DNA from: Macrostomum lignano | Lineage: Eukaryota | Reading direction: 5' to 3' | Length of the DNA: 31,637 nucleotides | Assembly (NCBI GenBank): GCA_002269645.1 | Contig: NIVC01003847.1 | Coordinates: 42,233-73,869 of the forward strand | The notes under the pieces: generated by a model | Seen by the model: the letters and a program-made list of their open reading frames with translations, nothing else | What the model was told of the DNA's origin: nothing | Database searches by the model: none | Part shown: positions 30,963-31,637 of the stretch, one piece after another | How the letters are laid out: each line of letters begins with the position of its first letter | Position numbering within the stretch: position 1 is the first letter of the stretch | Made by a program: the position numbers and the translations under genes

Positions 30963-31167
30963 ATGCAGTCTGGCAGGCAGCTGGTAGACAGTCCGCCAGT
31001 GCCTCTAACCCGTTGTTAGAATGGTGGCCAGGGCGTTCTATACTGGCGAACAGGCTGTTATTGTTGACTATCTGTGCAAGCGGACTATTGTTAAAGAAGA
31101 AGATATGGCGCAATTGTTTCGATTGGATATGAAACAGCTTAGGCAGTTGCTTGTAGCTCTTAAACAG
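30963..31167 (+). CDS. GTF2E1: General transcription factor IIE subunit alpha, first coding exon, with a frameshift near 31011-31014; the gene continues beyond the window
   Basis: MQSGRQLVDSPPVPLTR[fs]VRMVARAFYTGEQAVIVDYLCKRTIVKEEDMAQLFRLDMKQLRQLLVALKQ aligns with the TFIIEalpha N-terminus as I recall it (VPAALKRLAKYVIRGFYG..HALALDIL....VKEEDMLELLKFDRKQLR). Donor CAG|GTGTGT at 31168; upstream acceptor ctgttacag at 30914. Absent from the ORF track. Confidence 0.88.
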
Positions 31168-31202
31168 GTGTGTTTTATCATTTAAATGGTTTTCTCTGCG
31201 TC

Positions 31203-31590
31203 TTTCAGTCAGTCTTTGTCCCTGTTTCAGTCGTCTTTGTCTACTGTTCAGTCGGTCTTAGTCCACTGTTTCAGTCGGTCTTTGTCCACTGTTTCAGTCG
31301 GTCTTTGTCCACTGTTTCAGTCGGTCTTTGTCCACTGTTTCAGTCGGTCTTTGTCCACTGTTTCAGTCGGTCTTTGTCCACTGTTTCAGTCGTCTTTCCA
31401 CTGTTTCAGTCGGTCTTTGTCTACTGTTTCAGTCGTCTGTCCACTGTTTCAGTCGGTCTTTGTCCACTGTTTCAGTCGGTCTTTGTCCACTGTTTCAGTC
31501 GGTCTTTGTCTACTGTTTCAGTCGGTCTTTGTCCGATTTTTCAGTTTGTCCTTTTCTGTATCATTCCGTTGGTCTTTGTCCACACCTTCA
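31203..31590. repeat. 23-bp intronic minisatellite CACTGTTTCAGTCGGTCTTTGTC
   Basis: Read directly; starts about 35 nt after the GTF2E1 donor. Confidence 0.95.
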
Positions 31591-31637
31591 GTCGGTGTTT
31601 TTTTGCTTCTTTATTTTCCATTTACTGGGTTTTTCAC

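Noticed and set aside
30869-31132. 87-aa ORF from the supplied track
   Set aside because: Wrong frame; the TFIIEalpha-like sequence is in the other two plus frames.

Overview
Eukaryotic (animal) genomic DNA, not prokaryotic: GC-rich exons, AT-rich introns crowded with mini/microsatellites, and decayed transposons. An invertebrate such as a free-living flatworm is my impression only. Two genes are recognisable. (1) A MYCBP-associated protein gene (MYCBPAP-like) on the minus strand, with 11 coding exons from ATG 9178 running off the left edge; all junction phases agree if one missing base near 7189 is restored. (2) The first coding exon of TFIIE-alpha (GTF2E1) on the plus strand at 30963-31167, also with an apparent frameshift. 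Between them lie an unresolved exon-rich zone (9.3-17.2 kb) with candidate exon chains on both strands and two RFX X-box-like sites, a tRNA-derived CORE-like SINE, two hAT-type MITEs, a decayed non-LTR RT with nested insertions, a probable decayed LTR-element remnant, and a 242-codon GC-rich orphan ORF carrying three RRx[S/T]...LxxIxE modules. Most long ORFs in the supplied track are repeat or antisense artefacts. No database searches were run; family calls are from recall of conserved motifs. I see no strong evidence for a wholly new biological system. The best leads are the orphan LxxIxE protein, the frame-preserving splice-site VNTR, the twin micro-exons and the two interleaved exon chains.
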